This document shows, piece after piece, positions 49,925 to 60,288 of a stretch of DNA of 64,000 nucleotides. Each line of letters opens with the position of its first letter. Positions within the stretch are counted from its first letter, which is position 1. The stretch spans positions 64,001 through 128,000 of the forward strand of contig JBDRCO010000023.1 of assembly GCA_043821645.1 (NCBI GenBank). The letters run 5' to 3'. The stretch is from Pseudomonadota bacterium (lineage in GTDB: Bacteria > Myxococcota > JACRCW01 > JAFGSX01). The notes under the pieces are model-generated. The model did not search any database and was not told where the DNA came from. It saw only the letters and a program-made list of their open reading frames with translations. Made by a program: the position numbers and the translations under genes.

Positions 49925-50035
49925 GTTCTCCCTCGTCGCCCTGGCCCCCGGCCTCCGGCGAGGCTGCACATCTAGCAACCTCGGCACCTGCTTGACAAGG
50001 GCGGCAGGCTCCCGGCGCTGCGCTATAGTCCGAAT

Positions 50036-50935
50036 ATGCAACCCCATCCCGGCTACCGCGAAGGCCTGTGCCGCTCGGTCGATGGAACCGAGATCTTTTA
50101 CAACACCACCGGTGCCGGCGAGACCATCGTGATGTGCGATGGCATTGGCTGCGACCAGTACGCCTGGACCTACCTGGCCCCCTACCTGGCCACGCGCTTC
50201 CAGGTTGTGCGCTGGAACTACCGGGGTCACGGACGCAGCGGTCCCCCGCCCTCGCTCGATGCCATGACCCTGGACCGCCTATGCGACGACCTGGACGCCG
50301 TGCTCGATGCCGTCGGGGCGCGCCACGCCATCCTGGTCGGCCACTCGATGGGTGTCCAGGTCCTGCTCGAGCAGTGGCAGCGCCGCCCGTCGACTGTGCG
50401 CGGGCTGGTCACCATCTGTGGCGCATACGGCCGCCCCCTGGACACCTTGCGCGGCAGCGCCCTGGCGATGACGCTCTTTCCACACCTGCGCGCCCTTGCG
50501 GGGATCTTCCCCAACCTGACCCAGCTGGCCTGGGAGCACCTGGTGCCGACTCGCCTCGCACTGGCCCTGGCGGGCTGGGTCGAGGTGAACATGGACCTGG
50601 TTCGCGTGGTCGATTTCATCCCCTACCTCGACCACCTGGGGCACATCGACGTTCAGGTCTTTTTGGCCTTGCTGGGTGACATCTCCGAGCGAAGCGCCGA
50701 GGATGCCCTGTCCCGGATCGCCGTGCCGACCCTGGTCCTGGCCGGCGAGAGGGACACCTTCACCCCGGCCCGCCTGGCCGAGCGCATGCACCAGCTGATC
50801 CCGAACAGCGAGTACCTGCTGGTCCCGCTCGGCAGCCACACCATGCCCATCGAGATGCCGGACCTGGTCAACCTGCGTGTCGAGAAGTTCCTGCGCGAAC
50901 GTGTCGAGCCCTTGCTCGACGAGCGCGCTGCCTGA
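50036..50935 (+). CDS. Alpha/beta hydrolase
   Basis: WNYRGHGRS, nucleophile GHSMG, GERD, GSH. Confidence 0.92.
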   Translation: MQPHPGYREGLCRSVDGTEIFYNTTGAGETIVMCDGIGCDQYAWTYLAPYLATRFQVVRWNYRGHGRSGPPPSLDAMTLDRLCDDLDAVLDAVGARHAILVGHSMGVQVLLEQWQRRPSTVRGLVTICGAYGRPLDTLRGSALAMTLFPHLRALAGIFPNLTQLAWEHLVPTRLALALAGWVEVNMDLVRVVDFIPYLDHLGHIDVQVFLALLGDISERSAEDALSRIAVPTLVLAGERDTFTPARLAERMHQLIPNSEYLLVPLGSHTMPIEMPDLVNLRVEKFLRERVEPLLDERAA

Positions 50936-50939
50936 GTGC

Positions 50940-53792
50940 ATGCGCGCCGGTATCGCCATGGCACTCCTGCTCTGCACTGCCCCGGCGCGAGCTGTTGCCC
51001 CGCTCCAGGACTGGCACAGCCTGCCCAGCGCGTGTTGCGACGTGCACTACCCCGCGCGCCTGGAGGCGCTGGCGCGCCGGGTGGCCGTGATCGCCGACGA
51101 GGCCGACACCGCGGTCGCGGGGCTGCTCGGTGCCCGGCCCAGCGATCGCGTCCAGATCGTCCTCGAGGACGAGTCTGACTACGCCAATGGCTGGGCGCTC
51201 ACGGTTCCGTACAACACCCTGCACGTCTATGCCGTGGCACCCGACGATCTTTCTCCCCTCGGCGACAGCGACGACTGGCTGCGTGGCCTGGTGCTGCACG
51301 AGTACACCCACATCGTGCACATGGACACCGTGGGCGGCGTGCCCCGCGCCGTGCAGCGCATCATCGGCAAGCAGTGGTCGCCCAACCAGGTGCAGCCCAG
51401 GTGGTTCATCGAGGGCCTGGCCATCTACGTCGAGTCGCGCTTCTCGACGGGTGGCCGCGTGCGAAGTTCGGTCTATGACATGTACCTGCGCGCGGCAGCC
51501 CTCGAGGACAGATTGTGGTCCCTGAACGCCCTGAGCAGTGAGGGGCGGGCGTTTCCACGAGGCTCGGCGCCCTATCTGTACGGCGGTCGCTTTCTCGCCT
51601 ACCTGGCGGAACGCCGGGGCGAGGCCATCTTCGCGGACATCTCGGCACGCTACGGCGCGCAGCTGGTGCCCTTCGGTCTCAATCGCGCCGGCGCGGAGGC
51701 TCTGGGTGAAAGCTACGACGTGCTGTACCAGGACTTCCTGAACGCTCTGCGCGAGCGTGCCGGGCAGGTCCGCGACCGTGTGCAGTCCCTGGGCCCCGAC
51801 GCCAGCGTGCGCCGCACGCACCTCGGCGAGACCGTGTCCGATCCCGTGCGCCTTCCCTCCGGTGAGGTGCTGTTCTTTGCCGCTCCTGCGGACGACAGCG
51901 CCGGCCTGTACAGGCTTCGACCCGGTCAGGCAGAGCCCGAGCGCCTGCTCGAGCTCCAGGGCGATGGCGGCATGAGCGTGCTTCCCGACGGGCGACTGCT
52001 GCTGTCACAGCCAGAGATCTTCGACGACCACTATGCCTTTCATGACCTGTACCTGGTGGACCCCGCCAGCGGACACCAGCAGCGCCTGACCCACGGTCTG
52101 CGTGCCGTCGAACCCGCGGCCTTTGCCGACGGGCGTCGCGCGCTGTTCGTGCGCCGGGACGCGAACCAGAGCGCCCTGGCCGAGATCGACCTGGAGCGGG
52201 GCACCGTGCGCGAGTTGCATCGCTTCGATGACGGCAGCCAGTTCTACACGCCGGCGATTGCGCCCGATGGCCGTTTCGCGGTGGTCAGCCTGTGGCGGCC
52301 GGGTGGCAACCGCGACCTGTGGCGCGTCGACCTGAACAGCGGGCAGCTGCTCGCCCTCACGGCGGATCGCGCCGCGGATCTGCATCCTGCGTTCTCTTCG
52401 AGCGGACGGCATGTCCTGTTCAGCAGCGACCGGGACGGCGTGTTCAACATCCACGCCCTGGAGCTGGCCAGCGGTCAGGTTCACCAGGTCACCAACGTCG
52501 TCACCGGAGCCTTCTTCCCACGTCCCAGCGCCAACGGTCGACTGCTCACCTTCGTGGGTTTCACCGCGGACGGTTTCGACCTGTACCAACTTGATGCCGA
52601 CAAGATCCTGGGCTACCCGTCGCCACCGAGCTATGACCGCGCGCTGTCGGTGCGCCAGCTCGGCAGCTCAGACAACGAGAGCAGCGGCTACAATCCACTC
52701 CCCACCCTGTGGCCCCACGCCTGGTATCCACTTTTCACCGGAGACCTCAGCGGGCCAGCGTTCGGTGCCGCGGTTGCAGGATCCGACGCGGTCGGCCTGC
52801 ACGAGGCCGCCGTGCAGGTGACCTGGGGCGCGAGCTCTGGACACCTCAATGCCGACCTCGGCTACGGCTACAACGATCTGCCGCTTCCCCTGCGGCTGAC
52901 CCTGCGCCGCACCGAGTACACCCAGAACGTCCGTCCCAACGTCGAGCTCGATGCCGTGCCCTCCACGATCCAGGGCTACGGTGTCGAGGTCACCACGCTG
53001 TGGCCCCGGGTACGCTGGCTGCGCAGCCACGTGTTCGGAGCCAGCTATGGCCTGACCTGGACACTGCGCCCCGATCCCCTGCCCTTCGAGCCAGACCTGG
53101 GTCGGCCCCTGGTCTCATGGACGGGCCGTACCGCAGCGCTCCGCCTGTTCTGGAGCTACCGCGACACTCGCCGCTTCGCCGACTCGGTGTCGACGGAGAG
53201 GGGCGTGGCGCTCGCCGCGTCGCTGCGCGTGGCCCATCCCTATCTTGGCTCGCAGGCCGAGTTCATCGAGGTCAGCGGCGACGCCCGGCTCTACCTTCAG
53301 GTGCCAGGCCTGCGGGGCCACGTGGTGGCGGTGCTGGCCCAGGGTGGGTATGCCGCGGGGCCTCGCGAGCAGCGTCGGCTGTATGCCGCAGGAGGCATCC
53401 CACAGCGCAATATCGTCGACGATCTGCTGCTGGGAGGTGGCGTCGGCGGAGGCTACCTTCGGGGCTATCCGGTGGCGGCCTTCGTCGGCGACGGCGCCCT
53501 CACTGGAAGTGTCGAGTACCGCTGGCCGCTGTGGACCGCGCAGTGGGGTTACTCGACGCTGCCGCTGTTCCTGGACCGCTTCTCGGCGGTCGCGTTTGGA
53601 GACCTTGGAGGTGCCTTCCTCGAGGTGCCGCGGGCCCAGGATCTCCTGCACCGGTCGGTGGGTGGTGAGCTGCGCGCGCGCGTCGTTCTTGGCTACCGCC
53701 TGCCCCTGGAACTCCGGCTGGGGCTGGCGCGTGGTCTTGATGAGCGAGGACTGGAGATCCAGCCCTATGCCGTGGTCGGTGCCAGCTACTGA
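50940..53792 (+). CDS. Outer-membrane protein: HExxH peptidase-like domain + PD40 propeller + BamA/TamA-like barrel
   Basis: Signal peptide; HEYTH..PRWFIEGLA; PAFSSSG/SSDRDG repeats; LRGY motif; C-terminal GASY. Confidence 0.82.
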   Translation: MRAGIAMALLLCTAPARAVAPLQDWHSLPSACCDVHYPARLEALARRVAVIADEADTAVAGLLGARPSDRVQIVLEDESDYANGWALTVPYNTLHVYAVAPDDLSPLGDSDDWLRGLVLHEYTHIVHMDTVGGVPRAVQRIIGKQWSPNQVQPRWFIEGLAIYVESRFSTGGRVRSSVYDMYLRAAALEDRLWSLNALSSEGRAFPRGSAPYLYGGRFLAYLAERRGEAIFADISARYGAQLVPFGLNRAGAEALGESYDVLYQDFLNALRERAGQVRDRVQSLGPDASVRRTHLGETVSDPVRLPSGEVLFFAAPADDSAGLYRLRPGQAEPERLLELQGDGGMSVLPDGRLLLSQPEIFDDHYAFHDLYLVDPASGHQQRLTHGLRAVEPAAFADGRRALFVRRDANQSALAEIDLERGTVRELHRFDDGSQFYTPAIAPDGRFAVVSLWRPGGNRDLWRVDLNSGQLLALTADRAADLHPAFSSSGRHVLFSSDRDGVFNIHALELASGQVHQVTNVVTGAFFPRPSANGRLLTFVGFTADGFDLYQLDADKILGYPSPPSYDRALSVRQLGSSDNESSGYNPLPTLWPHAWYPLFTGDLSGPAFGAAVAGSDAVGLHEAAVQVTWGASSGHLNADLGYGYNDLPLPLRLTLRRTEYTQNVRPNVELDAVPSTIQGYGVEVTTLWPRVRWLRSHVFGASYGLTWTLRPDPLPFEPDLGRPLVSWTGRTAALRLFWSYRDTRRFADSVSTERGVALAASLRVAHPYLGSQAEFIEVSGDARLYLQVPGLRGHVVAVLAQGGYAAGPREQRRLYAAGGIPQRNIVDDLLLGGGVGGGYLRGYPVAAFVGDGALTGSVEYRWPLWTAQWGYSTLPLFLDRFSAVAFGDLGGAFLEVPRAQDLLHRSVGGELRARVVLGYRLPLELRLGLARGLDERGLEIQPYAVVGASY

Positions 53793-53970
53793 AGGCATGC
53801 CAGGGGCGCAGATCGGCGCAGCCACGTCTTTGCCGCGACCAATGTCCGCGCTACACTGCCCGAGCATCGTGAGCGCTCAGCTGTGGAGGCCAGAGCACCG
53901 CGGTGATGTGGTCGGCGCGGCCACCCGGCCAGTGCCGGGGAGCCGAACGCCCCTGGGAGAGGATGCAACG

Positions 53971-54450
53971 ATGACAATGGGCGTTCTGGAGAGCATCACC
54001 GGCCACCTCAGCACTCTTCTCGACGAGAGGGCGAGTTTCGAGGCGCGCTACGGCAAGAAGGCTGTGGTGTTTCTCGAGCACCTGCCCGCCCTGTTCCGGC
54101 TGTTCCACCGGCTGACCTTCGAGTTCGCGCTAACCACACAGGCACGCCAGAAATCCGCATCGGTGGCGGTGTACATCGCCGAGCATCAGGACTTCGTGGG
54201 CGAGGCCACCCGTGGCGCCGAGGGCCTCATCGACGACGTCTGGATCGCCTACACCGTGCTTGCGCAGTTGCTCGAGACGGTCCCGGACGAGGTCCTGCGC
54301 GCACACTGGCGGTCCGAGGCATCGTTTGACGAGGTCACGGCCCTGGCTCCCAATGTGGGAACCCTCGACGACCTCGTTCCGTCACGGGTGCTGACCCTGG
54401 CTCGCCAGTTCCTGGGGCTCGAGGATCCCGAGGTCAGCGCCGAAGCGTGA
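53971..54450 (+). CDS. YkvA/DUF1232-like protein
   Basis: VYIAEHQDFV..GLIDDVWI resembles the DUF1232 Y..P.D..G.LDD signature. Confidence 0.55.
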   Translation: MTMGVLESITGHLSTLLDERASFEARYGKKAVVFLEHLPALFRLFHRLTFEFALTTQARQKSASVAVYIAEHQDFVGEATRGAEGLIDDVWIAYTVLAQLLETVPDEVLRAHWRSEASFDEVTALAPNVGTLDDLVPSRVLTLARQFLGLEDPEVSAEA

Positions 54451-55468
54451 GGACCTCGTAGCGCGCACCCTTCTTCTCGAAGCTCACCACCATGGCCAGG
54501 CCCCGCGAGGTGCGGCCATCCAGCATGCCCCAGGGTGTGGCGGAGGCTGAGCCGACGTTGACGTGAAGCGTGCTGTGCACGGCGCCAGGCTTGGCAGCAT
54601 CGCCGCGTGTCAGGTTCGAGCAGCCGCGTCCCCCCGCCTCGAGGATGTGCCCGAAAAGTCCATAGTGTATCCCCGCGTCCTCGAGCATCTGAGCCAGGAG
54701 GGGATCTCCGACATGGCCTGCCTCGTGCGCGAGGTCAATGGCAGCAGGGCCGGTGGAACGTGGTGGCCCATGCCCGACCAGGACAGGCGTCCGCCCCTCC
54801 TGGTGCAGTGTCCCAGCAAGCTGGGCGAGTTCCTCGAGCGCCGAGGTCTTGTACTGGCAGCCCGAGCGCTGAGGCATGAAGACCCGGTCGTGGTAGCCGG
54901 GGAGGGAGAGGAGGTCGACACGCCCGAGGTCGACATGCCTCTGCCAGTTGAGGTTGAACAGGTTGGGGTGGTCTTTCTCCGCCGCCACAAAAGCGCGATT
55001 GAAACCTCCGCGGCCCTCGGAGTTGCCGATGAGCACGAACACGGGCAAGCCGCTGGCCCCGAGCTGTCGCATGACATCCTCGAGGTCAAACTGGTCCAGG
55101 GCCAGGTCGCCGTTCACCACGATGACATCGACCTGGCGCTGGCGGAACTGAGCCAGCGCCGTCTGCAGGTTGGCGCGGGTGTCGTCGTCGACCTCCTTGA
55201 TGGCGGAGAGCAGGCCGATCACCACCCGATCTGGAACGGGCCCGACCCGGCGCACCGAGCTGCCCTCGAGGACGAAGATCTGTTGTCCGATCTTGCGTTC
55301 GAGGGGTCGCGTCCGGGCCTCCAGGGCGGACGCACAGGTCAAGAGCTGATCTTTCTCGAACTCTGCCCAGCTCGGCAGGGCGGGAGCGGGAGTCGGTGCC
55401 GGCGACGACGTCGGCGCCTGTGACGGAGCCTGAGCCCACAGGGCAGCAGCGATGAGCGACGCGAGCAT
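54434..55468 (-). CDS. Secreted metallophosphoesterase-fold protein
   Basis: Signal peptide; VNGDL, IGNSE, VGHGPP, LFGHI, VNVGS. Confidence 0.75.
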   Translation of the reverse strand: MLASLIAAALWAQAPSQAPTSSPAPTPAPALPSWAEFEKDQLLTCASALEARTRPLERKIGQQIFVLEGSSVRRVGPVPDRVVIGLLSAIKEVDDDTRANLQTALAQFRQRQVDVIVVNGDLALDQFDLEDVMRQLGASGLPVFVLIGNSEGRGGFNRAFVAAEKDHPNLFNLNWQRHVDLGRVDLLSLPGYHDRVFMPQRSGCQYKTSALEELAQLAGTLHQEGRTPVLVGHGPPRSTGPAAIDLAHEAGHVGDPLLAQMLEDAGIHYGLFGHILEAGGRGCSNLTRGDAAKPGAVHSTLHVNVGSASATPWGMLDGRTSRGLAMVVSFEKKGARYEVLTLRR

Positions 55469-55496
55469 GAAGTCCTCCAGTACCGATCGCCGGGAG

Positions 55497-56081
55497 TCAG
55501 CTGCTCTTGTGCAGCAAGGGAAGGAGCTCGTTGAGAATCCAGGCGGTCAGCCCCCAGATCGGCGCAGGTCCGCCGGAGAACACCGGGAACACGAGTTCAC
55601 CCAGCGGCGTCTGGCGCGTTGTGGTCTCGACCCGCGAGGCCGGATCCGCCAGGTGGGCCAGGGGGACGCGAAACACCCGCGCGACCTCCCTGTCGTCGAG
55701 GACAGGCACAAATACGCCGTGCACCACCCCCACCACCGGAGTCACGTGGATGTGCGTGATCGAGACCGCGTCGTTGGCCAGGCCGAGCACCTGCACCTGG
55801 TGCGGGGGCAGGCCCACCTCCTCGTGCGCCTCGCGCAGGGCGGCCTCGACGACACCAGCATCCGAGGGTTCCACATGACCCCCGGGAAAGGCTACCTGAC
55901 CCTGGTGGGTATCCACCTGGTCCGTGCGCTGGGTGAACACAAGGGACCAGGCACCCTCCTCGTCGACAAGTGGCACCAGCACCGCGGCGCGCGGAAGCGC
56001 AGGAAGGTCCAGCTCGCGGCGTGCATGCTCGCGCAGACGTCGCGCCAGCAGTTCCTCGTCGCCGGGACCCAGTACTTCCAT
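55497..56081 (-). CDS. Nudix hydrolase, CoA pyrophosphatase family
   Basis: AAVLVPL, HQGQVAFPGG, AALREAHEEVG, IWGLTA. Confidence 0.92.
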   Translation of the reverse strand: MEVLGPGDEELLARRLREHARRELDLPALPRAAVLVPLVDEEGAWSLVFTQRTDQVDTHQGQVAFPGGHVEPSDAGVVEAALREAHEEVGLPPHQVQVLGLANDAVSITHIHVTPVVGVVHGVFVPVLDDREVARVFRVPLAHLADPASRVETTTRQTPLGELVFPVFSGGPAPIWGLTAWILNELLPLLHKSS

Positions 56082-56147
56082 GGTGGCGAGGATGGCAAGG
56101 GGAACCCTGCCTGTCCAGGGCGGGGGGCCGCGGGTGGAGTCCCGGGC

Positions 56148-56993
56148 TCAGGTCAGCCAGAGCAGACCTGCCAGCCCGGCAACCACGCAGTACAGTCCAA
56201 ACACCCAGAAACCCTGCCAGCGCAGGACACGCAGCACCACAAGGATGGCGATCACTCCCGAGACAAAGGCCACCGCTGCGCCGGTGCCGACCGCGACCAG
56301 GTCCAGGGAGCTCAGCACCGCATGCCGGGCTTCGAGGATCACCGCCCCCAGGATCGCGGGAAGGCTCATCAAAAAAGAGATCCGCGCCGCACGCCCGGCG
56401 TCGATGCCGCGCCACAGCGCTGCCGCGATGGTGCTCCCCGAGCGCGATATCCCGGGCACGATGGCTAGGCCCTGCACCGTTCCGACGACCAGCGCGTCGA
56501 CCAGGGTGAGCCCGGTGCGACCCTTGCGATGGCGCAACGGCCAGGTGGAAAGCAGGATGGCCGCGGTGATCAGCAGCGCACCGGCCACCAGGCGTGGGCT
56601 CGCGAAGAGCGACTCGAACCACTCCTTGCCCAGGACGCCGATCAGGCCCGTCGGCAGTGTGGCCACCGCCACGAACAGAAACAGCTGCGCGTCCTCCTGC
56701 TCGGATCCGGGCGCCTCGGGCTGCCCCAGACCAAAGGCGGCCAGTCCCCGGGATGGCAGGGCGAGGCAGGCGCGCAGCCCGGCGGCCAGAGCCCGCCCCA
56801 GATCCCGAGCAAAGACCACCACCACCGCCAGCAAGGTGGCCAGATGCAGGATCAGGTCAAACAACACGTCCGAGGCTGCGGCCTCGAGACCGAGCAGCTG
56901 CCCGAACAGGACCAGGTGCCCGGACGACGAGACAGGCAGGAACTCGGTGAGACCTTGCACCAGGCCCAGGATGGCCGCGTCGAGGATGGTCAT
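56148..56993 (-). CDS. uppP: Undecaprenyl-diphosphate phosphatase
   Basis: QGLTEFLPVSSSGH and PGISRSGSTI. Confidence 0.96.
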   Translation of the reverse strand: MTILDAAILGLVQGLTEFLPVSSSGHLVLFGQLLGLEAAASDVLFDLILHLATLLAVVVVFARDLGRALAAGLRACLALPSRGLAAFGLGQPEAPGSEQEDAQLFLFVAVATLPTGLIGVLGKEWFESLFASPRLVAGALLITAAILLSTWPLRHRKGRTGLTLVDALVVGTVQGLAIVPGISRSGSTIAAALWRGIDAGRAARISFLMSLPAILGAVILEARHAVLSSLDLVAVGTGAAVAFVSGVIAILVVLRVLRWQGFWVFGLYCVVAGLAGLLWLT

Positions 56994-57048
56994 GGCTGGC
57001 TCGCGACCTGGACCTCACGCCCGGGCGAGAGGGAGGGGTCGGCCGAGA

Positions 57049-58323
57049 TCAGGCGTGCAGGGTGGTGGACGCCGTGAAGCCCATGGACTTCTTGTTCAGG
57101 CCATTGCCCTTCTTGGGAGAACGCTGCTTGGAGACTCTCTTTTTGCTACCGCCCTTGCCCAGGCCCGCGTCCGCACGCAGCGCCTTGGCGCGATGCGTCT
57201 TCTCCCAGCTGAACTCCTTTTCGCTGCGGCCGAAGTGGCCGTAGGCCGCGGTCTTCTCGTAAATAGGGCGAAGCAGGTTGAGGTCGCGGATGATGCCCTT
57301 GGGGGTCATGGGGACGTGCGCGCGCACGAGCTCGGCCAGGCGTGCCTCGTCGACGAGGCCCGTGCCGAAGGTCTCGACCATCACGCTCACGGGCTCGGCC
57401 ACACCGATGGCGTAGGCGAGCTGGACCTCGGCGCGTCGGGCCAGCCCTGCTGCGACGATGTTCTTGGCGATGTGGCGAGCCATGTAGGCCGCCGAGCGGT
57501 CCACCTTGGAGGGGTCCTTGCCACTGAAGCAGCCACCGCCGTGGCGACCCATGCCACCGTAGGTATCGACGATGATCTTGCGACCGGTGAGGCCGCAATC
57601 GCCCTGGGGACCACCGACCACGAAGCGCCCGGTGGGATTGACATACAGCTTGGTGTTCTTGTCTATCATGTGTGCTGGGATGATCTTTTTGATCACCTCG
57701 TCGATGATCGCCTCCTTGAGCACCCGGTACTTGACGTCGGGGGTGTGCTGCGTGGACACCACCACGGCATCGGCACGCACCGGCTTGCCGTCGACGTACT
57801 GCAAGGTCACCTGGCTCTTGCCGTCTGGGCGCAAGAAATCCAGGGAACCTGTCTTGCGGACCTCGGCCAGGCGCTGCGCGAGGCGGTGTGCGTAGTGAAT
57901 GGGCGCAGGCATGAGCTCGGGTGTCTCGTCGCAGGCGAAGCCAAACATCAGGCCCTGATCACCCGCGCCTTGCTCCTTGTACAGGCCGGCGCCCTCGCTC
58001 ACACCCTGGCTGATGTCCGGTGACTGCTTGTCGATGGCAACCAGCACACCGCAGGTCTCCCAATCGAAACCCATGTTGCTGTCGCTGTAGCCAATGCGCT
58101 TGATCGTGTTGCGCACGATCTCGGGCATGTCGACGTAGCATTTTGTGGTGATCTCGCCCGCGATCATGACGAAGCCGGTCTTGGCGATGGCCTCGCACGC
58201 CACGCGCGCCGCCTTGTCCTTGGCCAGGATGGCGTCGAGCACCGCATCGGAGATCTGGTCACAAACTTTGTCCGGGTGCCCCTCGGTGACCGACTCGGAC
58301 GTGAAAAGAAAATCCTTCAGCAT
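57049..58323 (-). CDS. metK: S-adenosylmethionine synthetase
   Basis: [35 protein letters not shown]. Confidence 0.98.
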   Translation of the reverse strand: MLKDFLFTSESVTEGHPDKVCDQISDAVLDAILAKDKAARVACEAIAKTGFVMIAGEITTKCYVDMPEIVRNTIKRIGYSDSNMGFDWETCGVLVAIDKQSPDISQGVSEGAGLYKEQGAGDQGLMFGFACDETPELMPAPIHYAHRLAQRLAEVRKTGSLDFLRPDGKSQVTLQYVDGKPVRADAVVVSTQHTPDVKYRVLKEAIIDEVIKKIIPAHMIDKNTKLYVNPTGRFVVGGPQGDCGLTGRKIIVDTYGGMGRHGGGCFSGKDPSKVDRSAAYMARHIAKNIVAAGLARRAEVQLAYAIGVAEPVSVMVETFGTGLVDEARLAELVRAHVPMTPKGIIRDLNLLRPIYEKTAAYGHFGRSEKEFSWEKTHRAKALRADAGLGKGGSKKRVSKQRSPKKGNGLNKKSMGFTASTTLHA

Positions 58324-58538
58324 TGTTCACTCTCCTCGGAGCCCCCGGCTCCGGATGGATGACATCAAGCGAACGGCTCACATGCCATCGCGCGCGGCCA
58401 GGTGTCAACCCACGCACCCCGGGCTGACGTGAAAAATCCCGTCTGAAACGAGAGCTCTATCCCCTGAGGCCAGGTGCCGGAATCCTTAGCAGCGCCGGAC
58501 CCACGACCGGTACCTGGGACCACCACGCGGGGCGCGGA

Positions 58539-59324
58539 TCAGCCATCGCTTGCGGGTGTACCCGGCACAGGGTCCCTCAGGCCGGCGCGCACGATGCGAA
58601 CAGCCGCGCATGCCGCACCAAAGCCATTGTCGATGTTAACCACGACCACGCCTTGGGCGCAGGAGTTGAGCATCCCCAGCAGAGCTGCAACGCCCCCGAA
58701 GGCCGCGCCGTACCCGACGCTGGTGGGAACGGCGATCACGGGTGCCGCGATCAAGCCTCCGACGACACTGGGCAGGGCTCCCTCCATGCCGGCGACGGCG
58801 ATCACGACCCGGGCGCGCTCGAGAACATCGAGGTGCGCCGTCAGCCGGTGCAGACCCGCCACACCGCAGTCCTCGATGCGCAAGACCTCGTGACCGAAGT
58901 GCTCGAGGGTCCGCTGCGCCTCCGCGGCCACGGGCCGATCCGAGGTGCCGGCCACCACCACGGCCACAGGCGGCTGCACGGCCACGGGCACGCGACGAGC
59001 GCAGAAGGTGCGCGCCTCGCTGTCGTGATGTCCCTCGGGGATCTCGTGCTGCAGGGCGGCTGCCTGGGCGCTGCTGACGCGGGTGGCGATCACGGAGCCA
59101 CTGCGTTGCCACATGGCCCGGGCTATTCCTGTGACCTGCTCGACGCTCTTGGGGCCAGCCAGGATGGCCTCGTCCAGTCCCCGGAACACCCCCCGGTGGT
59201 GATCCACCTGCGCATAACCCAGGTCTTCGTAGGGCAAGTGGTGCAGGCGTTCGAGGACGTGCTCCTCGTCGACGTCGCCTGCCCGCAGACGAGCCAGGAG
59301 TCCGCGCAGGTCGTCACGATTCAT
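58539..59324 (-). CDS. larB: Nickel-pincer cofactor biosynthesis protein LarB
   Basis: AGTSDRPVAAEA, D.GVAGLHRL, AGMEGALPSVV, VPTSVGYG, VVNIDNGFGAA. Confidence 0.93.
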   Translation of the reverse strand: MNRDDLRGLLARLRAGDVDEEHVLERLHHLPYEDLGYAQVDHHRGVFRGLDEAILAGPKSVEQVTGIARAMWQRSGSVIATRVSSAQAAALQHEIPEGHHDSEARTFCARRVPVAVQPPVAVVVAGTSDRPVAAEAQRTLEHFGHEVLRIEDCGVAGLHRLTAHLDVLERARVVIAVAGMEGALPSVVGGLIAAPVIAVPTSVGYGAAFGGVAALLGMLNSCAQGVVVVNIDNGFGAACAAVRIVRAGLRDPVPGTPASDG

Positions 59325-60180
59325 CGTGCACCTCGGCGACCGGCGACAGCGCCGGCACCACCTCGTTGAGACGACCCGAGCGAAAGCCCTCGAGATCGAC
59401 GGTGACGAAGGCGAAACCCGCGGCGCGCACGCCCTCCACCACGGCGCGGCGAAGGGTGGGTTCGAGCAGCCGCGACAGCTCCTCCATCCCCAGCTCCAGC
59501 CTGGCCACATCGCCGTGATAGCGAACGCGCACATCGAAAAAGCCCTGGTCCCGGACCACCGCCTCGGCCCGCTCGATCTGCTGCAGACGCTCCGCGTTGA
59601 TGATGGTCCCGTAGGGAAACCGCGAGGCGAGACATGCGAGTTGAGGTTTGTTCCACGTCGACAATCCAAGTTGACGCGAGGCCTCACGCACCTCGAACTT
59701 GGTGAACCCGGCCTCCGCCAGAGGAGCTCGCGCACCCAGCTCCGCCGCCGCGCGCTGGCCCGGGCGATGGGTGGCCAGCAGGTCATCCACATTGGCGCCG
59801 TAGAGCATGGTGGCCCCCCCGGCTTCCTCGGCGATCCGCCGCAGGACCGAGAACAGCTCGGTCTTGCAGTGATAGCAGCGGTCCGTGGCATTCGCGGTGT
59901 AGCCGGTGCGTTCGAGTTCGTGGGTCTGCACCACGACGTGGCGCGCTCCCATCTCGGCGGCCACCCGAACCGCGTCGTCCAGCTCGGCCTGTGCCAGCGA
60001 GGGAGAGCGCGCGGTGACGGCCAGACAGGGGCCAGCTCCGGAGGCCACAGCCAGGCGGAGCAACAGGGCCGAGTCCACCCCGCCCGAGAAGGCCACCACC
60101 ACCGGACCAAGGTCCGCGATGATGCGTCGGGCAGCTTCCATCTTCCGCTGCAACGTTCCGTCCGCAGTGTCCTGGGTCAT
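59314..60180 (-). CDS. larE: ATP-dependent sulfur transferase LarE
   Basis: PP-loop AFSGGVDS, DRCYHCK, RPG, ACLASRFPYG, GFRSG. Confidence 0.93.
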   Translation of the reverse strand: MTQDTADGTLQRKMEAARRIIADLGPVVVAFSGGVDSALLLRLAVASGAGPCLAVTARSPSLAQAELDDAVRVAAEMGARHVVVQTHELERTGYTANATDRCYHCKTELFSVLRRIAEEAGGATMLYGANVDDLLATHRPGQRAAAELGARAPLAEAGFTKFEVREASRQLGLSTWNKPQLACLASRFPYGTIINAERLQQIERAEAVVRDQGFFDVRVRYHGDVARLELGMEELSRLLEPTLRRAVVEGVRAAGFAFVTVDLEGFRSGRLNEVVPALSPVAEVHDES

Positions 60181-60288
60181 GTTTCTCTTGGTAGCGGTCT
60201 TGAGACCGTCCCGCAACTCCCCTCTCGAGCAATCTTGACCTTCATGCCCGGCTCTCTCGATAATGCAGGAACTCCCGGAGGGGGCGGC

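Noticed and set aside
49992-50029. TTGACA..TATAGT as a sigma70 -35/-10 pair
   Set aside because: Spacer is about 26 nt, far too long
58324-58538. SAM riboswitch or SahR operator upstream of metK
   Set aside because: No SAM-I/II core recognised; only a half-site-like ACATCAAG without its palindromic partner
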